Assembly (NCBI GenBank): GCA_963719505.1 | Contig: CAVRCF010000003.1 | Coordinates: forward strand, 224,001 to 288,000 | Origin: Halobacteriovoraceae bacterium | GTDB lineage: Bacteria; Bdellovibrionota; Bacteriovoracia; Bacteriovoracales; Bacteriovoracaceae | Length of the DNA stretch: 64,000 nt | Direction of reading: 5' to 3' | Part shown: in pieces, positions 29,625 through 40,201 of the stretch | Position numbering within the stretch: the first letter of the stretch is position 1 | How the letters are laid out: the number at the start of each line of letters is the position of its first letter | Notes under the pieces: model-generated | Databases searched by the model: none | What the model was told of the DNA's origin: nothing | Seen by the model: the letters and a program-made list of their open reading frames with translations, nothing else | Program-made: the position numbers and the translations under genes

Positions 29625-31459
29625 ATGATTCAAGTCACAGGCCTTGATAAAGAACTCGGGGATCGCATCCTTTTTAACAATGTAACCTTTGGGCTTTCTA
29701 AAAACGAAAAGGTCGGCCTTGTTGGAAGAAATGGCTCGGGGAAATCGACTCTTTTTAAAATTATTATGCAAGAAGTTGATAAAGATGGCGGGGATATAAG
29801 CATTCCTAAAAACTACTCAATTGGCTTTCTTCAGCAATATATCAAATTCACCAAAACGACTGTCATTGACGAATGCATGCAGGTTCTCTCCAAAGAAGAA
29901 CAATTTGATTTATATAAAGCGGAAAAGATTTTATTTGGTTTGGGTTTTACAAGCGAAGATTTAAAGAAGGATCCGCTAAGTTTCTCAGGTGGTTTTCAAA
30001 TTAGAATAAACCTAACAAAAATACTTCTAGAAAATCACGACCTGCTTCTTCTCGATGAACCAACAAACTATCTCGATATTGTCAGTATGCGCTGGCTAGA
30101 GGGATTCCTTGCTCGCTATCCAGGTGAGATTATTCTCATCACTCACGATAGAGACTTTATGGATAAAGTGTGTGACCACACGATGGGACTTCATCGTCAA
30201 AAGCTTGTCAAAATCAAAGGCAACTTTGAAAAGTATAAAACGAAAATGAAGAAGAAGAAATCGTCCACGAGAACACAAGACTTAACCAAGAGAAAAAACG
30301 AAAAGAGTTAGAGGCGTTTGTCACTCGGTTCAAAGCGAAGGCCAGTAAGGCTGGACAAGCACAGTCTAGAGCTAAAATGCTAGAGAAAATGGATGAAATT
30401 GAAGCTTTAGAAAGTGTGAGAACTCTCGATTTTAAATTTAATTACAAAGACTTTCAGGCAAAGACCTTTTTAAAGGCTAATAATCTCTCCTTTGGTTACG
30501 ATAAAAATAAAATACTTTTTAAAGATCTCTCTTTCTTTATCAATGCAAAAGATAGAATTGCTATTATCGGAAAAAATGGAAAAGGAAAATCGACTCTTTT
30601 AAATATTATCGCAGGAAAGCTCGCGCCTTTGACGGGAGATATTGAAGCTCATCCAAGTTTGGCCCTAGGGCACTTTGGTCAGACAAATATAGATGTTCTT
30701 CACGCAGACAATACCATTGAAGAAGAAATTAATTCAGTCAATGCAGACTTGGGGACAGCGAAAGCGAGATCTATTTGTGGAACGATGATGTTTACGGGGG
30801 ACGATGCTAAAAAGAAAATTAAAGTCCTCTCTGGTGGTGAAAAAAGTAGGGTTTTACTTGGAAAAATTTTGGCCAAAGAGACAAATCTTCTTCTTTTGGA
30901 TGAGCCCACAAACCATTTGGATCAAGAGTCGGTTGATGAATTAACACGAGAATTAAATAACTTTAAAGGCGCCAGTATTATTGTGACCCATAATGAACTT
31001 ATTCTTCGCCGCTTTGCCACAAAGTTTATTGTCTTTCAAAAAGATGGCTGTGAGGAATTCGTTGGCTCTTATGATGAATTTTTGGAAAAAATTGGTTGGG
31101 AAGATGAGGCAGATGATCAACAAAAGCCCAGCGAGAAACCAAAGCTTTCGCATAAAGAGTACAAACATCTTCGCAGTGAGCTCATCAAAGAGCGATCGAG
31201 GGCCACAAAAGAGCTAAGAAAAACAATAGAGAAAACGGAAGAAAAAATAGTGCAAGCCGAAGACAATATAAACCTTGCCAACGAAAACCTTATCAAGGCA
31301 TCTCACGCTGAAAATGCAGATGATATAACCAAGTACTCAAAGTTACTGGCCGAAAGTGAAAATGAAGTTGAAAACCTTTTTGATAAGTTAGAGTCAGACA
31401 GTGAGAGTCTCTCCCTGATTGAAAGAGACTTTGATTTAAAGCTTGAGCAGTTGTCCTAG
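29625..31459 (+). CDS. ABC-F family ATPase (YheS/Uup-like), frameshift near 30245
   Basis: Two ABC domains (GRNGSGKST/FSGG/LDEPTN; GKNGKGKST/LSGGE/LDEPTN). The linker RFKAKASKAGQAQSR is in the second frame; C-terminal coiled coil. Confidence 0.9.
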
Positions 31460-31881
31460 TTGGCAATCTTTAAGAGCATATTATATGTTTTTTGAATAAG
31501 GTCGTTCGCGCCTGTGTATTCATCTAATCTTTGCATTTCACGACCATTGAGAAGCAGAACTACACCTGGGTATCTTTTAAGATCATAGCGTCTATGAACA
31601 TAATTTCTTGTGATATCTACATTAACGATTTGGATACTTTTAGTCATGGCGAAAACTTTGGGGCTTATAGAGTCCAGCTTCGTTTCAAAAGGGTAGCAAT
31701 CAAAGCGAGTATCGTTAATAGGACAGTATCTTCCACCAAAAACGACAAGAGACCACTCTTTAGCATTAATAACTTTTGTAAAATCAAAGTCACCTGCCTT
31801 ATTAAAACTTTCAAATTCATAACTATTATCAGCGGCAAAAGCTTGGAAACTTAGTAGGACTAAAATTATTAAAGATTTCAT
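31456..31881 (-). CDS. Secreted thioredoxin-fold protein with atypical C-x8-C
   Basis: Start MKSLII (31881), signal peptide, LVVFGGRYCPINDTRFDC, IVNVDI, RYPGVVLLLNGREM. Confidence 0.6.
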   Translation of the reverse strand: MKSLIILVLLSFQAFAADNSYEFESFNKAGDFDFTKVINAKEWSLVVFGGRYCPINDTRFDCYPFETKLDSISPKVFAMTKSIQIVNVDITRNYVHRRYDLKRYPGVVLLLNGREMQRLDEYTGANDLIQKTYNMLLKIAN

Positions 31882-31950
31882 CTGGGCTCCGGTAGAATGT
31901 TTTGTGAACCATAGCAAGTGATTGAAATAAAAGGTTAATAATTGAAAAAA

Positions 31951-32598
31951 TTACTCAAAATAGCTAGAGATAAAGGTGTCGACTTGAGATTTTAAGTGAG
32001 TTAAGTCCCCAGTATTATCAATAACATAGTCAGACAGTTCTCTTTTTTTATCTATAGGCAATTGTTTATCGAGAACCTTCTGGGCGAGTTCAGGGGTTGT
32101 GCCGTCTCTGAGAATGAGTCTTTGGAGCTGAGTTTTTTGATCGCAATAAACGGTGACAGAGGCATCCAGAAGTTTGTTCAACTTCTTTTCAAATAAAAGG
32201 GGAACATCATAAATAATAAACGACGGCTTTTTAAGATCCTGAAGTGCCTTGTTAAAAGTATGAGGTAATTCTTTATAAATAAATGCTTCGATCTGACTTT
32301 GAATTTCTCGATGAGAGAAAAAAAGAGTTCTTAAAGCCTTGAAATCTATCACTTTATCTTTGACACAACTTGGGGCCATGCTTTCAATAAAAGATATTGT
32401 TTCACCCTTTGCGTATATCTGATGGACAAGCTTGTCAGCGTCTATGACAGGAAAGTCCTGGCTAAGTAAAATTTTAGACACACTTGATTTTCCTGTGGCA
32501 ATACCACCTGTCAGGCCTATGATGGGTATACTTAACCCATATAGCCTTGCACTAGACGTCTGCGTTATGTATGTTGATTTCAGCTTTAATTCTGTCAT
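31951..32598 (-). CDS. coaE: Dephospho-CoA kinase
   Basis: IGLTGGIATGKS, IDADKLVH, DVPLLFE, RLILRDG. Confidence 0.96.
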   Translation of the reverse strand: MTELKLKSTYITQTSSARLYGLSIPIIGLTGGIATGKSSVSKILLSQDFPVIDADKLVHQIYAKGETISFIESMAPSCVKDKVIDFKALRTLFFSHREIQSQIEAFIYKELPHTFNKALQDLKKPSFIIYDVPLLFEKKLNKLLDASVTVYCDQKTQLQRLILRDGTTPELAQKVLDKQLPIDKKRELSDYVIDNTGDLTHLKSQVDTFISSYFE

Positions 32599-32666
32599 GA
32601 CTCATTGTAAACTGAGCGCATCACAAACTAAAGTAATAAGTTGAATGAGAATATAGAGGACAGATT

Positions 32667-33506
32667 ATGAAAGGACATAAATACATTTCAAATCCTGTAG
32701 ATGAAAAAGGATATGTGAATTGGTCAGAGACAGAGAATCAAACGTGGACCAATCTTGTTAATCGCCAGAAAGATCTGATAAAAGGTAGAGCTTGTGATCA
32801 GTATATGGAAGGTCTTGAAATTCTAAATTTTACAGATAAGGTTCCGCAAATTCCTGAGCTAAATAAAAAGCTAGATGAATGCACCGGTTGGGGAGTCGCC
32901 CCAGTACCGGCGCTTATTCAGCCCAAAGAATTCTTTGCCCTTCTTTCAAATAAAAGATTTCCCGCTGCAACTTTTATACGTTTGCCTGAGGAGATGGACT
33001 ATCTTGAAGAGCCTGATATTTTTCACGAAGTTTACGGTCATACTCCACTTTTAACCAATCAAGCTTACGCTGATTTTATGGAAAAATTTGGGGAGTTGGC
33101 ACTTAAAGCTGATCCCAAAGATCGACGAAGACTCTTTCGCCTTTTTTGGTTTACGATTGAGTTTGGGCTTTTAAAGACTGAAGATGGATTCAAAGCTTAT
33201 GGCGGTGGAATTCTCTCATCCATTGGAGAGACTCAATTTGCCGTTTCAGATCAAAACGAAAAAGAAAAATTTGATATTTTAAAAGTACTCAGAACTCCTT
33301 ATCGCATCGATATCATGCAGCCTCTTTATTTTTACCTTGAGGACTTCAATGAGTTGTTTACAATTCTTGATCACGATATCCTTGGAATACTTGAAGAGGC
33401 GAAGCGCCTTGGTGATTTTGAACCCAAGTATCCACCTAAGGTTAAGGTCGTAGAAGAAGATGAAGGTGAGGATGGTTCAATGAGTTCAATGGGAATGGGG
33501 TGTTAA
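32667..33506 (+). CDS. phhA: Phenylalanine 4-hydroxylase
   Basis: DYLEEPDIFHEVYGHTP, WFTIEFGL, YGGGILSSIGE, YRIDIMQP. Confidence 0.97.
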   Translation: MKGHKYISNPVDEKGYVNWSETENQTWTNLVNRQKDLIKGRACDQYMEGLEILNFTDKVPQIPELNKKLDECTGWGVAPVPALIQPKEFFALLSNKRFPAATFIRLPEEMDYLEEPDIFHEVYGHTPLLTNQAYADFMEKFGELALKADPKDRRRLFRLFWFTIEFGLLKTEDGFKAYGGGILSSIGETQFAVSDQNEKEKFDILKVLRTPYRIDIMQPLYFYLEDFNELFTILDHDILGILEEAKRLGDFEPKYPPKVKVVEEDEGEDGSMSSMGMGC

Positions 33507-33507
33507 G

Positions 33508-33765
33508 ATGAGTAAAGAATTAGATCCAGCATGGGAAAAAATCGATGATAAAAAACTTAAAAGAAAATTTGAGTTTAAAGGCTTTATGAAGACTATGTCT
33601 TTTGTTAACGCTGTTGCATGGGAGGCAAATCGCCAAATGCATCATCCGGATATGGAAGTTACATTTAATACTTGTACGATTAATATCACGACTCATGATG
33701 AGGGAAATACTCTTACCGATAAAGACTATAAGCTTGCTCAAGGGATTGATGCTCTAATGTCTTAA
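33508..33765 (+). CDS. phhB: Pterin-4a-carbinolamine dehydratase
   Basis: FVNAVAWEANRQMHHPD, THD, LTDKD; adjacent to phhA. Confidence 0.95.
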   Translation: MSKELDPAWEKIDDKKLKRKFEFKGFMKTMSFVNAVAWEANRQMHHPDMEVTFNTCTINITTHDEGNTLTDKDYKLAQGIDALMS

Positions 33766-33814
33766 GTCGATCTGGAGCGTCGACACGTTTTCTTGATGAA
33801 AACTTAAACGAATT

Positions 33815-33841
33815 AAAAAAAAGGGAGACCGAAGTCTCCCT
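33815..33841 (-). terminator. Rho-independent terminator
   Basis: AGGGAGAC-CGAA-GTCTCCCT stem with an A-tract on the left, giving a U-tail on the minus strand. Confidence 0.85.
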
Positions 33842-33852
33842 AAGAAAAAATA

Positions 33853-35202
33853 CTATAATAGTTCTAAGAGTTGCTTTTTAGTAAGCTCTGGGTGATAGGG
33901 GTTGATTGAACTTTCTTTTGTCTGATCAATTTTTCCATCGCCATAAATATACTGATTAAAGTCGCCTTCAAAGTTTAGTCCCGAGAATGTCTCCAATTCC
34001 GATCTAAAAATTTCAGTGTTGATATTCTTATGAGTATATTTTTTATACATCTTACTCAAAAAGGTTTCGAGACCACCTAAGTTTTTTAAGTTGTGATTTA
34101 GGTAGCCCATAAAGTTTGCGCCTTGAGTGTATGCTTTTCTATCAGTTGTTCGTTGATATTGAGAGTGTCCTGCCATATTAGTTGAACTAAAATTTGGCTT
34201 TGAGCGCGACTGGTATCCATCATCTCGCCAACTTGCAATGGCTTCATCCATCCATCCTGAATTTCCATCGATTGGCATAACACCTCTTGCAAAGTAGCTA
34301 TGAGTTATTTCGTGGCCAAGGGCGCTCAGAGAAGTAATTGTTGCACCACTGTGCTCCATGCCTCCCATACCAGCAACGTAAATCACAAGGTTTTCATGCG
34401 ACCAAGCACCAAGCTTTGACTCTAATTCCTTAAGAACACTTTTTGAACCTTTAACAGCTTTAGGAACATTTCCACCGCCCCAAAAAGAGCTTTTACTATA
34501 AACAGTGACAGGAATATCTTTTCCGCTAATAGACTTGTGTGTATATTTTTCTTCTTCAAATCGTCCTTCAGTTGCTGTGTGAAAAAACATTGAAGAGGCC
34601 GTAAAATATTCTGGAAACTCAATTGAGTAGTTATTATTGGAAAGTTGAATCACTTTGCCGTTTGTATAAATCTTCTGCTTTGCGGAAGAGTTTATAAAGC
34701 TTAACTGAATTGTCATTTTATACTGATCAAATTCAATATTACTTGGAACGTATTGCTCGAGATACTTTCTATCGTTCAAGTCACTCATCCAAAATGCTGA
34801 CTGAACTCCACCTTTTTCAAATCTTACGTTTTCCTCGATTTGGTTTTTAACTTCAAGAGTATGAGTACCGGCTTCTAAACTTTTTAAAGCGGCAATATAG
34901 CTAGTCGCTCCATCGGGAGACTGAACTGTTTTACTTTTCACGACTTCACCATCAATTTTAATTTCTGATGCCTTAGGTACCAGATCAAATAGAGGGACGC
35001 CTGCTTCACTTTGTTTAAAGATAATTTTAGAAAAAGCTGAAACTTTTTCATTCTTAACATCATACTTAAGAGAGTAGTCAGCTGTTTGAAAGTCAACGAA
35101 AGTAAACTGATCCGAGCTAGATGTTTGTGGAAAGTTGGTTGGTGCTTTTGTCGCGAATGCGCTAGCACTTATGATGACTAGCAGAGTCATTAAGTTTTTC
35201 AT
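33853..35202 (-). CDS. Secreted M1 family (gluzincin) aminopeptidase
   Basis: GGMEH, HEITHSYF, WMDEAIA, YTQGA; signal peptide. Confidence 0.88.
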   Translation of the reverse strand: MKNLMTLLVIISASAFATKAPTNFPQTSSSDQFTFVDFQTADYSLKYDVKNEKVSAFSKIIFKQSEAGVPLFDLVPKASEIKIDGEVVKSKTVQSPDGATSYIAALKSLEAGTHTLEVKNQIEENVRFEKGGVQSAFWMSDLNDRKYLEQYVPSNIEFDQYKMTIQLSFINSSAKQKIYTNGKVIQLSNNNYSIEFPEYFTASSMFFHTATEGRFEEEKYTHKSISGKDIPVTVYSKSSFWGGGNVPKAVKGSKSVLKELESKLGAWSHENLVIYVAGMGGMEHSGATITSLSALGHEITHSYFARGVMPIDGNSGWMDEAIASWRDDGYQSRSKPNFSSTNMAGHSQYQRTTDRKAYTQGANFMGYLNHNLKNLGGLETFLSKMYKKYTHKNINTEIFRSELETFSGLNFEGDFNQYIYGDGKIDQTKESSINPYHPELTKKQLLELL

Positions 35203-35319
35203 TTTCTTCTCCTTGAAAATTAATTTGTATTTATCCTAGATTTTCTAAAACTGACTGTAAATTCATTGTTAGTAATCGTTAGAAACTATATACTGAATCC
35301 AGTAGTTTAGGAGCTTATT

Positions 35320-36729
35320 ATGAGAAAAGTAGATGTTGCTATTATCGGAGCCGGAAGTGCTGGTTTGTCCGCTAGGCGGGAAGTGGCCAAAAAGACTGAT
35401 AATTGGGTTGTTATTGACGATGGAATCTTAGGAACAACATGCGCCAGAGTTGGATGCATGCCCTCTAAAGTTTTAATTCAATCGGCAAATGATTTTGATA
35501 GAAGAAAGATGTTTGAGGTTCAAGGTATAAATGGCGCAGAAAAACTGAGTGTGGATATCGATAAAACGATGGTTCATGTCAGGGCCCTAAGGGATCGCTT
35601 TGTCAGAGGAGTCTCTTCTGGAATGGCCTCTTGGATGAATGAAAAAACTCTTATCAGAAAACGGGCCGTCTTTATTGACAAAAATACCCTCGATCTGGGC
35701 GACGAAAAAATATGGGCAAAGGAAATTATCATTGCCACCGGCTCCACTCCAATGATTCCAGGGATGCTTGTAGATCACAAAGACTATTTGATCACAACGG
35801 ATGTTTTATTTGAGCAAGAAAATATTCCAAAAAATATAGCTGTGGTAGGTCTTGGAGTTATAGGAATTGAAATAGGTCAAGCCTTGAGTAAACTGGGAGT
35901 GAATGTCCTTGGAATCGCTCGAAGAGAAATGATTGCAGGTGTTAATGATCCCGAAATTTTAGACTATGTTGTAAAAAAATTCTCAGAAAAAATGAACCTC
36001 TCTTTTACAGGCCTAACCTCGGTTGAGGAAAAAGAGGGGAAGCTTCATATAAAAACAAAAGACAAAGAAATCTTGGCCGATAAAGTTTTAGTCACGACGG
36101 GAAGAAAACCAAACTTAGAAAATTTAAATCTTCAGTGCTTGGGAATTGAATTGGGCAAACACTGTGTACCAAAATTTTCTAAATCAACTTTTCAGATTGA
36201 AGGACTCCCTAATATTTATCTTCCTGGTGATGTGAATGGCTACAAGCCCATACTGCACGAAGCTAGCGATGAAGGAAGAATTGCGGGATACAATGCCGTA
36301 AGAGAGAAGAAAACTCACTTTCAGACTCGAACTCCAATTGAAATTACCTTTTGTGATCCCAATATTGCGACAACGGGTTTAAGTGTTTCTGAAATGAAAG
36401 AACAAGGAATTGATTTTCAAGAAGGAAAGGTCTCTTTTGAAGGGCAAGGGCGATCGATAGTTAAGCTTAAAGAAATTGGTATGCTTAAGGTCTATGGAGA
36501 AACAAAAACAGGAAAAATTCTTGGCGCAGAAATGTTTGGGCCAGACACTGAACATATAGCTCACCTAATGGCTTGGGCGATAGGAATGAATCTTACTGTT
36601 AATAAAGTGCTCTCTTTTCCTTTTTATCATCCAGTGATTGAAGAGGGGCTGCGAACGGCTCTCAGAGATCTGAGAGATAAAGTCGAAGAGAAGCAACCGG
36701 ACTTAGAAATATTTGAAAAAGAGGATTAG
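35320..36729 (+). CDS. Dihydrolipoamide dehydrogenase-like flavoprotein disulfide reductase
   Basis: GAGSAG, TCARVGCMPSK, IATGS, GLGVIG, HPVIEEG. Confidence 0.9.
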   Translation: MRKVDVAIIGAGSAGLSARREVAKKTDNWVVIDDGILGTTCARVGCMPSKVLIQSANDFDRRKMFEVQGINGAEKLSVDIDKTMVHVRALRDRFVRGVSSGMASWMNEKTLIRKRAVFIDKNTLDLGDEKIWAKEIIIATGSTPMIPGMLVDHKDYLITTDVLFEQENIPKNIAVVGLGVIGIEIGQALSKLGVNVLGIARREMIAGVNDPEILDYVVKKFSEKMNLSFTGLTSVEEKEGKLHIKTKDKEILADKVLVTTGRKPNLENLNLQCLGIELGKHCVPKFSKSTFQIEGLPNIYLPGDVNGYKPILHEASDEGRIAGYNAVREKKTHFQTRTPIEITFCDPNIATTGLSVSEMKEQGIDFQEGKVSFEGQGRSIVKLKEIGMLKVYGETKTGKILGAEMFGPDTEHIAHLMAWAIGMNLTVNKVLSFPFYHPVIEEGLRTALRDLRDKVEEKQPDLEIFEKED

Positions 36730-37734
36730 ATGAATATTGCACTCGTAGGTTTTGGCCTTGCAGGAAGAGTTTTTCATGCGCCACTTATTGAGGCTGTTAA
36801 AGAATTAAGGCTTCATACAATTATATCGTCTCAAAAAGAAAAAATATTAGACCTCTATCCAAAGGTCGAAGTCGAATCTGATTTTGAAGCAGCCCTAGGA
36901 GAAGATATCGATACAGTTGTTATTGCAACTCCCAATGAATTTCACTTTGAACAAGCTAAGGCTGCTTTAAACGCTGGGAAAAACGTGATCGTCGACAAAC
37001 CCATGGCTCAAAGTTCTGCTGAGATAGAGGAGTTGATACAGCTTTCAGAAAAAAATGGAAAGCTCTTAACCGTCTTTCACAATAGAAGGTACGACGGAGA
37101 TTTATTAACAGTAAAAAAGATAATAAAAGAAAAAAAGATTGGCGCTATTAGAATGTTTGAATCCAATTTTAATAGGTTTAGACCACAAGTTGATAAAGCA
37201 AATTGGAGAGAGACAACTCATTACGCAGGTGGCATTTTTTTTGATTTAGGACCTCATCTTATTGACCAAGCCTTTTATCTTTTCGGGTCACCCAAAAGAG
37301 TCTTCTGCGATATAAAAAAACAAAGATCAGAAGCCAAAAATGATGACTATTTTCATATTATTTTTGACTATGAAAATATAACTGTTCATTTAAATGCCAG
37401 TGCATTGACTAAAGATGTGCGTGAGCGATTTGTTGTGCAAGGGGAACTTGGATCCTTTTCTAAATTTGGAATGGATGTGCAAGAGGCACAGCTAAAAGCC
37501 GAAATGACCCCTTTAAATGAAGACTATGGAGTCGACAACGAAAAGACTTATGGCAAACTTAGAATTGAAGATAATATTTTAAAGATCACGACAGAAAAAG
37601 GCTGCTATCAAAACTTCTACAAAGAAGTCTCTAGCGGACAGGCTCCAGTGCTTGGCAAGGAAGCGTTGAAGGTTTCTATTCTTTTGGAAAAGTGTATGGA
37701 AAGTAAGAAATTAGAAAAATGGATAAACTTATGA
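36730..37734 (+). CDS. Gfo/Idh/MocA oxidoreductase (YdgJ-like)
   Basis: VGFGLAG..FHAP, DKP, FHNRRYD, DLGPHLIDQ. Confidence 0.92.
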   Translation: MNIALVGFGLAGRVFHAPLIEAVKELRLHTIISSQKEKILDLYPKVEVESDFEAALGEDIDTVVIATPNEFHFEQAKAALNAGKNVIVDKPMAQSSAEIEELIQLSEKNGKLLTVFHNRRYDGDLLTVKKIIKEKKIGAIRMFESNFNRFRPQVDKANWRETTHYAGGIFFDLGPHLIDQAFYLFGSPKRVFCDIKKQRSEAKNDDYFHIIFDYENITVHLNASALTKDVRERFVVQGELGSFSKFGMDVQEAQLKAEMTPLNEDYGVDNEKTYGKLRIEDNILKITTEKGCYQNFYKEVSSGQAPVLGKEALKVSILLEKCMESKKLEKWINL

Positions 37735-38159
37735 GTATTTGGTTTAAAGAACAAGATTTAGAAAAGATAAACCAACAGTGTGTAGACACCATGGTTGACT
37801 ATCTCGATATCAAAGTCACAAACATAACTGAAGATGAACTTCATGCCGTTATGCCAGTGTCTAATAAAGTTAAACAACCTTTTGGGATTGTCCACGGAGG
37901 AGCAAACTGTGTTCTTGCGGAAACACTTGGAAGTCTCGCGGCAAATTTCACACTTGATTACGAGAAGTTTCACGCCGTTGGTCTGTCCATTACGACCTCT
38001 CATATAAAAGCGGTGAGAAATGGGTCTGTCACTGGAGTGGCCAAGCCAGAACATATTGGAAAAAGTACACAGGTTTGGAGAATTGAAACTTATAATGATA
38101 GTAAGCAACTTACTTCACTCACAACTCTCACAATGGCCGTGATTAATCGTTTAAAGTAA
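37731..38159 (+). CDS. Hotdog-fold thioesterase (MenI/YdiI-like)
   Basis: QPFGIVHGGANCVLAETLGS, HIGKSTQVW. Confidence 0.9.
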   Translation: MSIWFKEQDLEKINQQCVDTMVDYLDIKVTNITEDELHAVMPVSNKVKQPFGIVHGGANCVLAETLGSLAANFTLDYEKFHAVGLSITTSHIKAVRNGSVTGVAKPEHIGKSTQVWRIETYNDSKQLTSLTTLTMAVINRLK

Positions 38160-39012
38160 AGGTTGCTATGACCGCTCTATGGTCTGATGGAAAACGTTGT
38201 TCTTTGCCAAATCTCTTTACATCAATCTGCCAAGATTTTGCTGAAAAGAATGAGTTTTTAGAATAGAGGATGTGGTCGACTCTGCAATTAGGAAAACGAT
38301 CTCCCTTTCTCAAATAACAAAGGTCACTTGAGTCAGAACTTGCTATATCTCTATTTTTTTCGATAAAAGAATTAACAAGCCTATCTTTTATCAAGGCTTT
38401 ATATCCTCGAAAGTCTACAGTTGCATTGGTATCACCAGCAAAAATAACGGGTAATTTCTTTTCATCTATAAGGGTATTAACGGCTTTGGAGCTTCCCATC
38501 ATATTCTCAACTCTATTATCAAAATGGCTTCCAATAAAGAGAAAGGCCTTATTAGTTCTTCTCTCTTTAATTATTGAATAAACGAGAATTCTAGGCAGAG
38601 CACTTTTCCAACCAAAACCAAAAGCTTTGCCCGTGGGGTTAAGCCACCTGTGGCCAACTTCCATGACTTTAAATTTTTGTGTATTGACGGCTATCGTTGC
38701 GTCAGCATAGCTAAGAAAAGGATTTTCATAAAAATAAATCGAATAAGTAGGAAGGTTTTCAAATATCTTTCTTGCCTGGCTTCCTGTTCTAATCTCTTGC
38801 AGGCTGATGAGATCGGCTTTGTGAGTAGAGACGACTTTCTTTATTTGCTCAATTCTCAAAGGGTATGGATCATTTGAATTTTTTGTACAAAAATCACAGA
38901 GAGTGTTAAATGTCATAACACTAAACTCTGTAGCAAAAGAGCTCAAACTGAGAAGAAAAATAAATAATGCTATAGAGGTTTTCACCATAAAATTATATGA
39001 TACTGGTAGCAA
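38143..39012 (-). CDS. Secreted endonuclease/exonuclease/phosphatase (EEP) family protein
   Basis: MTFN, LQE, SHFD, GDTN, VDHI, PSDH. Confidence 0.9.
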   Translation of the reverse strand: MLPVSYNFMVKTSIALFIFLLSLSSFATEFSVMTFNTLCDFCTKNSNDPYPLRIEQIKKVVSTHKADLISLQEIRTGSQARKIFENLPTYSIYFYENPFLSYADATIAVNTQKFKVMEVGHRWLNPTGKAFGFGWKSALPRILVYSIIKERRTNKAFLFIGSHFDNRVENMMGSSKAVNTLIDEKKLPVIFAGDTNATVDFRGYKALIKDRLVNSFIEKNRDIASSDSSDLCYLRKGDRFPNCRVDHILYSKNSFFSAKSWQIDVKRFGKEQRFPSDHRAVIATFTLND

Positions 39013-39058
39013 TCGACCAAGGTGAAATTAATGCCATACAAAATAAGTAGTAGATTAA

Positions 39059-40201
39059 ATGAATAAGGTAATACTCGTGTTTCTCGCTTTTACAACCCTC
39101 TGCCTTGCTCAGTGGACTCCTAAGGCGAGAGAAATCATTGAAAGTGAAGCTAAGAAATATAATAGTTTTAATGATCCAGGCTTTATTTCCTATTGGGGTG
39201 GCATTCGAAGAAGATTCTCTGAAAGGGGAACCACTGGGGAAATAACAGAGCTCAACCTTCCAGGCTTAACCGAATCAGCATTAAAAGTTTATTATAGAGA
39301 AAATAAACAAAGTGCAAAACTCCATGTCTTTTTTCCTGGTGTCTTTGGCTCATTGGATTCAGAAATCACAAAGAGAATGACAAATATTTTAGAAAGCCTT
39401 GGAGGCAATGTTTTAGTCATTCCAAACTTTTTAGCTGTTGACTACATTCAGTCAAAACCAATTTACGGGGAACGTTCCCTCATCACTGACATTCTCATCC
39501 CTTTAAAAATTATAGATAAATACAATAAGAATATGAATGAGATACATCTCTATGCAGAAAGCCTTGGAAGTTATATTGGTGCGAGCGCCCTTGCTAGACT
39601 TTCAAATAGGGCACAAATGAAAACTAAAAAGCTCTCCTTGACGCTTCTTTGGCCACCAATGGAAATCAAAGACGCTCTCGTGAATTTTGATGAGAATATA
39701 AAACAAGCAAAGCCTATTTATGAGAGTTGCAGCTTTATCGTGAACGCGGCTAAAACAGTTTATTATTTTGTGAAAGACTTTTATCCGAAAGACTTAGGTA
39801 AAGATTATATTAAGTGTATGGGGTCAATGCTTTATCATGCGGCATTTGTTAAATCGATAAAGAAATCCTATGAGGAGACATCACGCTTTGATGACAATAT
39901 TGAAATAGAAAACTTCAATGACTATATCAAGCAGACGAGACCAGGTATTTACAGGCTTTTAAAGAACAGCGAAAAAGATGCGACTCTTAAATATTGGCTT
40001 AATAAAAGAAATTTAAAAAATACAAAAGTTGAAATTATCTCAAGTGAGGATGACTTTCTTAATAAAAATAAAAGCTGGTCAACGTTCTTAAATGATGTTG
40101 GTCTGAAAAGCGATAGCTTAATTCTCATGAAGTGGGGAGGGCATTCAGGACCCCTTGGAATGCCAATTTGGGCTGAAGCCTTTAAGGCAAATCTTTTGTG
40201 A
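39059..40201 (+). CDS. Secreted alpha/beta hydrolase
   Basis: FPGVFG oxyanion loop, AESLG nucleophile elbow, SEDD, GGH. Confidence 0.75.
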   Translation: MNKVILVFLAFTTLCLAQWTPKAREIIESEAKKYNSFNDPGFISYWGGIRRRFSERGTTGEITELNLPGLTESALKVYYRENKQSAKLHVFFPGVFGSLDSEITKRMTNILESLGGNVLVIPNFLAVDYIQSKPIYGERSLITDILIPLKIIDKYNKNMNEIHLYAESLGSYIGASALARLSNRAQMKTKKLSLTLLWPPMEIKDALVNFDENIKQAKPIYESCSFIVNAAKTVYYFVKDFYPKDLGKDYIKCMGSMLYHAAFVKSIKKSYEETSRFDDNIEIENFNDYIKQTRPGIYRLLKNSEKDATLKYWLNKRNLKNTKVEIISSEDDFLNKNKSWSTFLNDVGLKSDSLILMKWGGHSGPLGMPIWAEAFKANLL

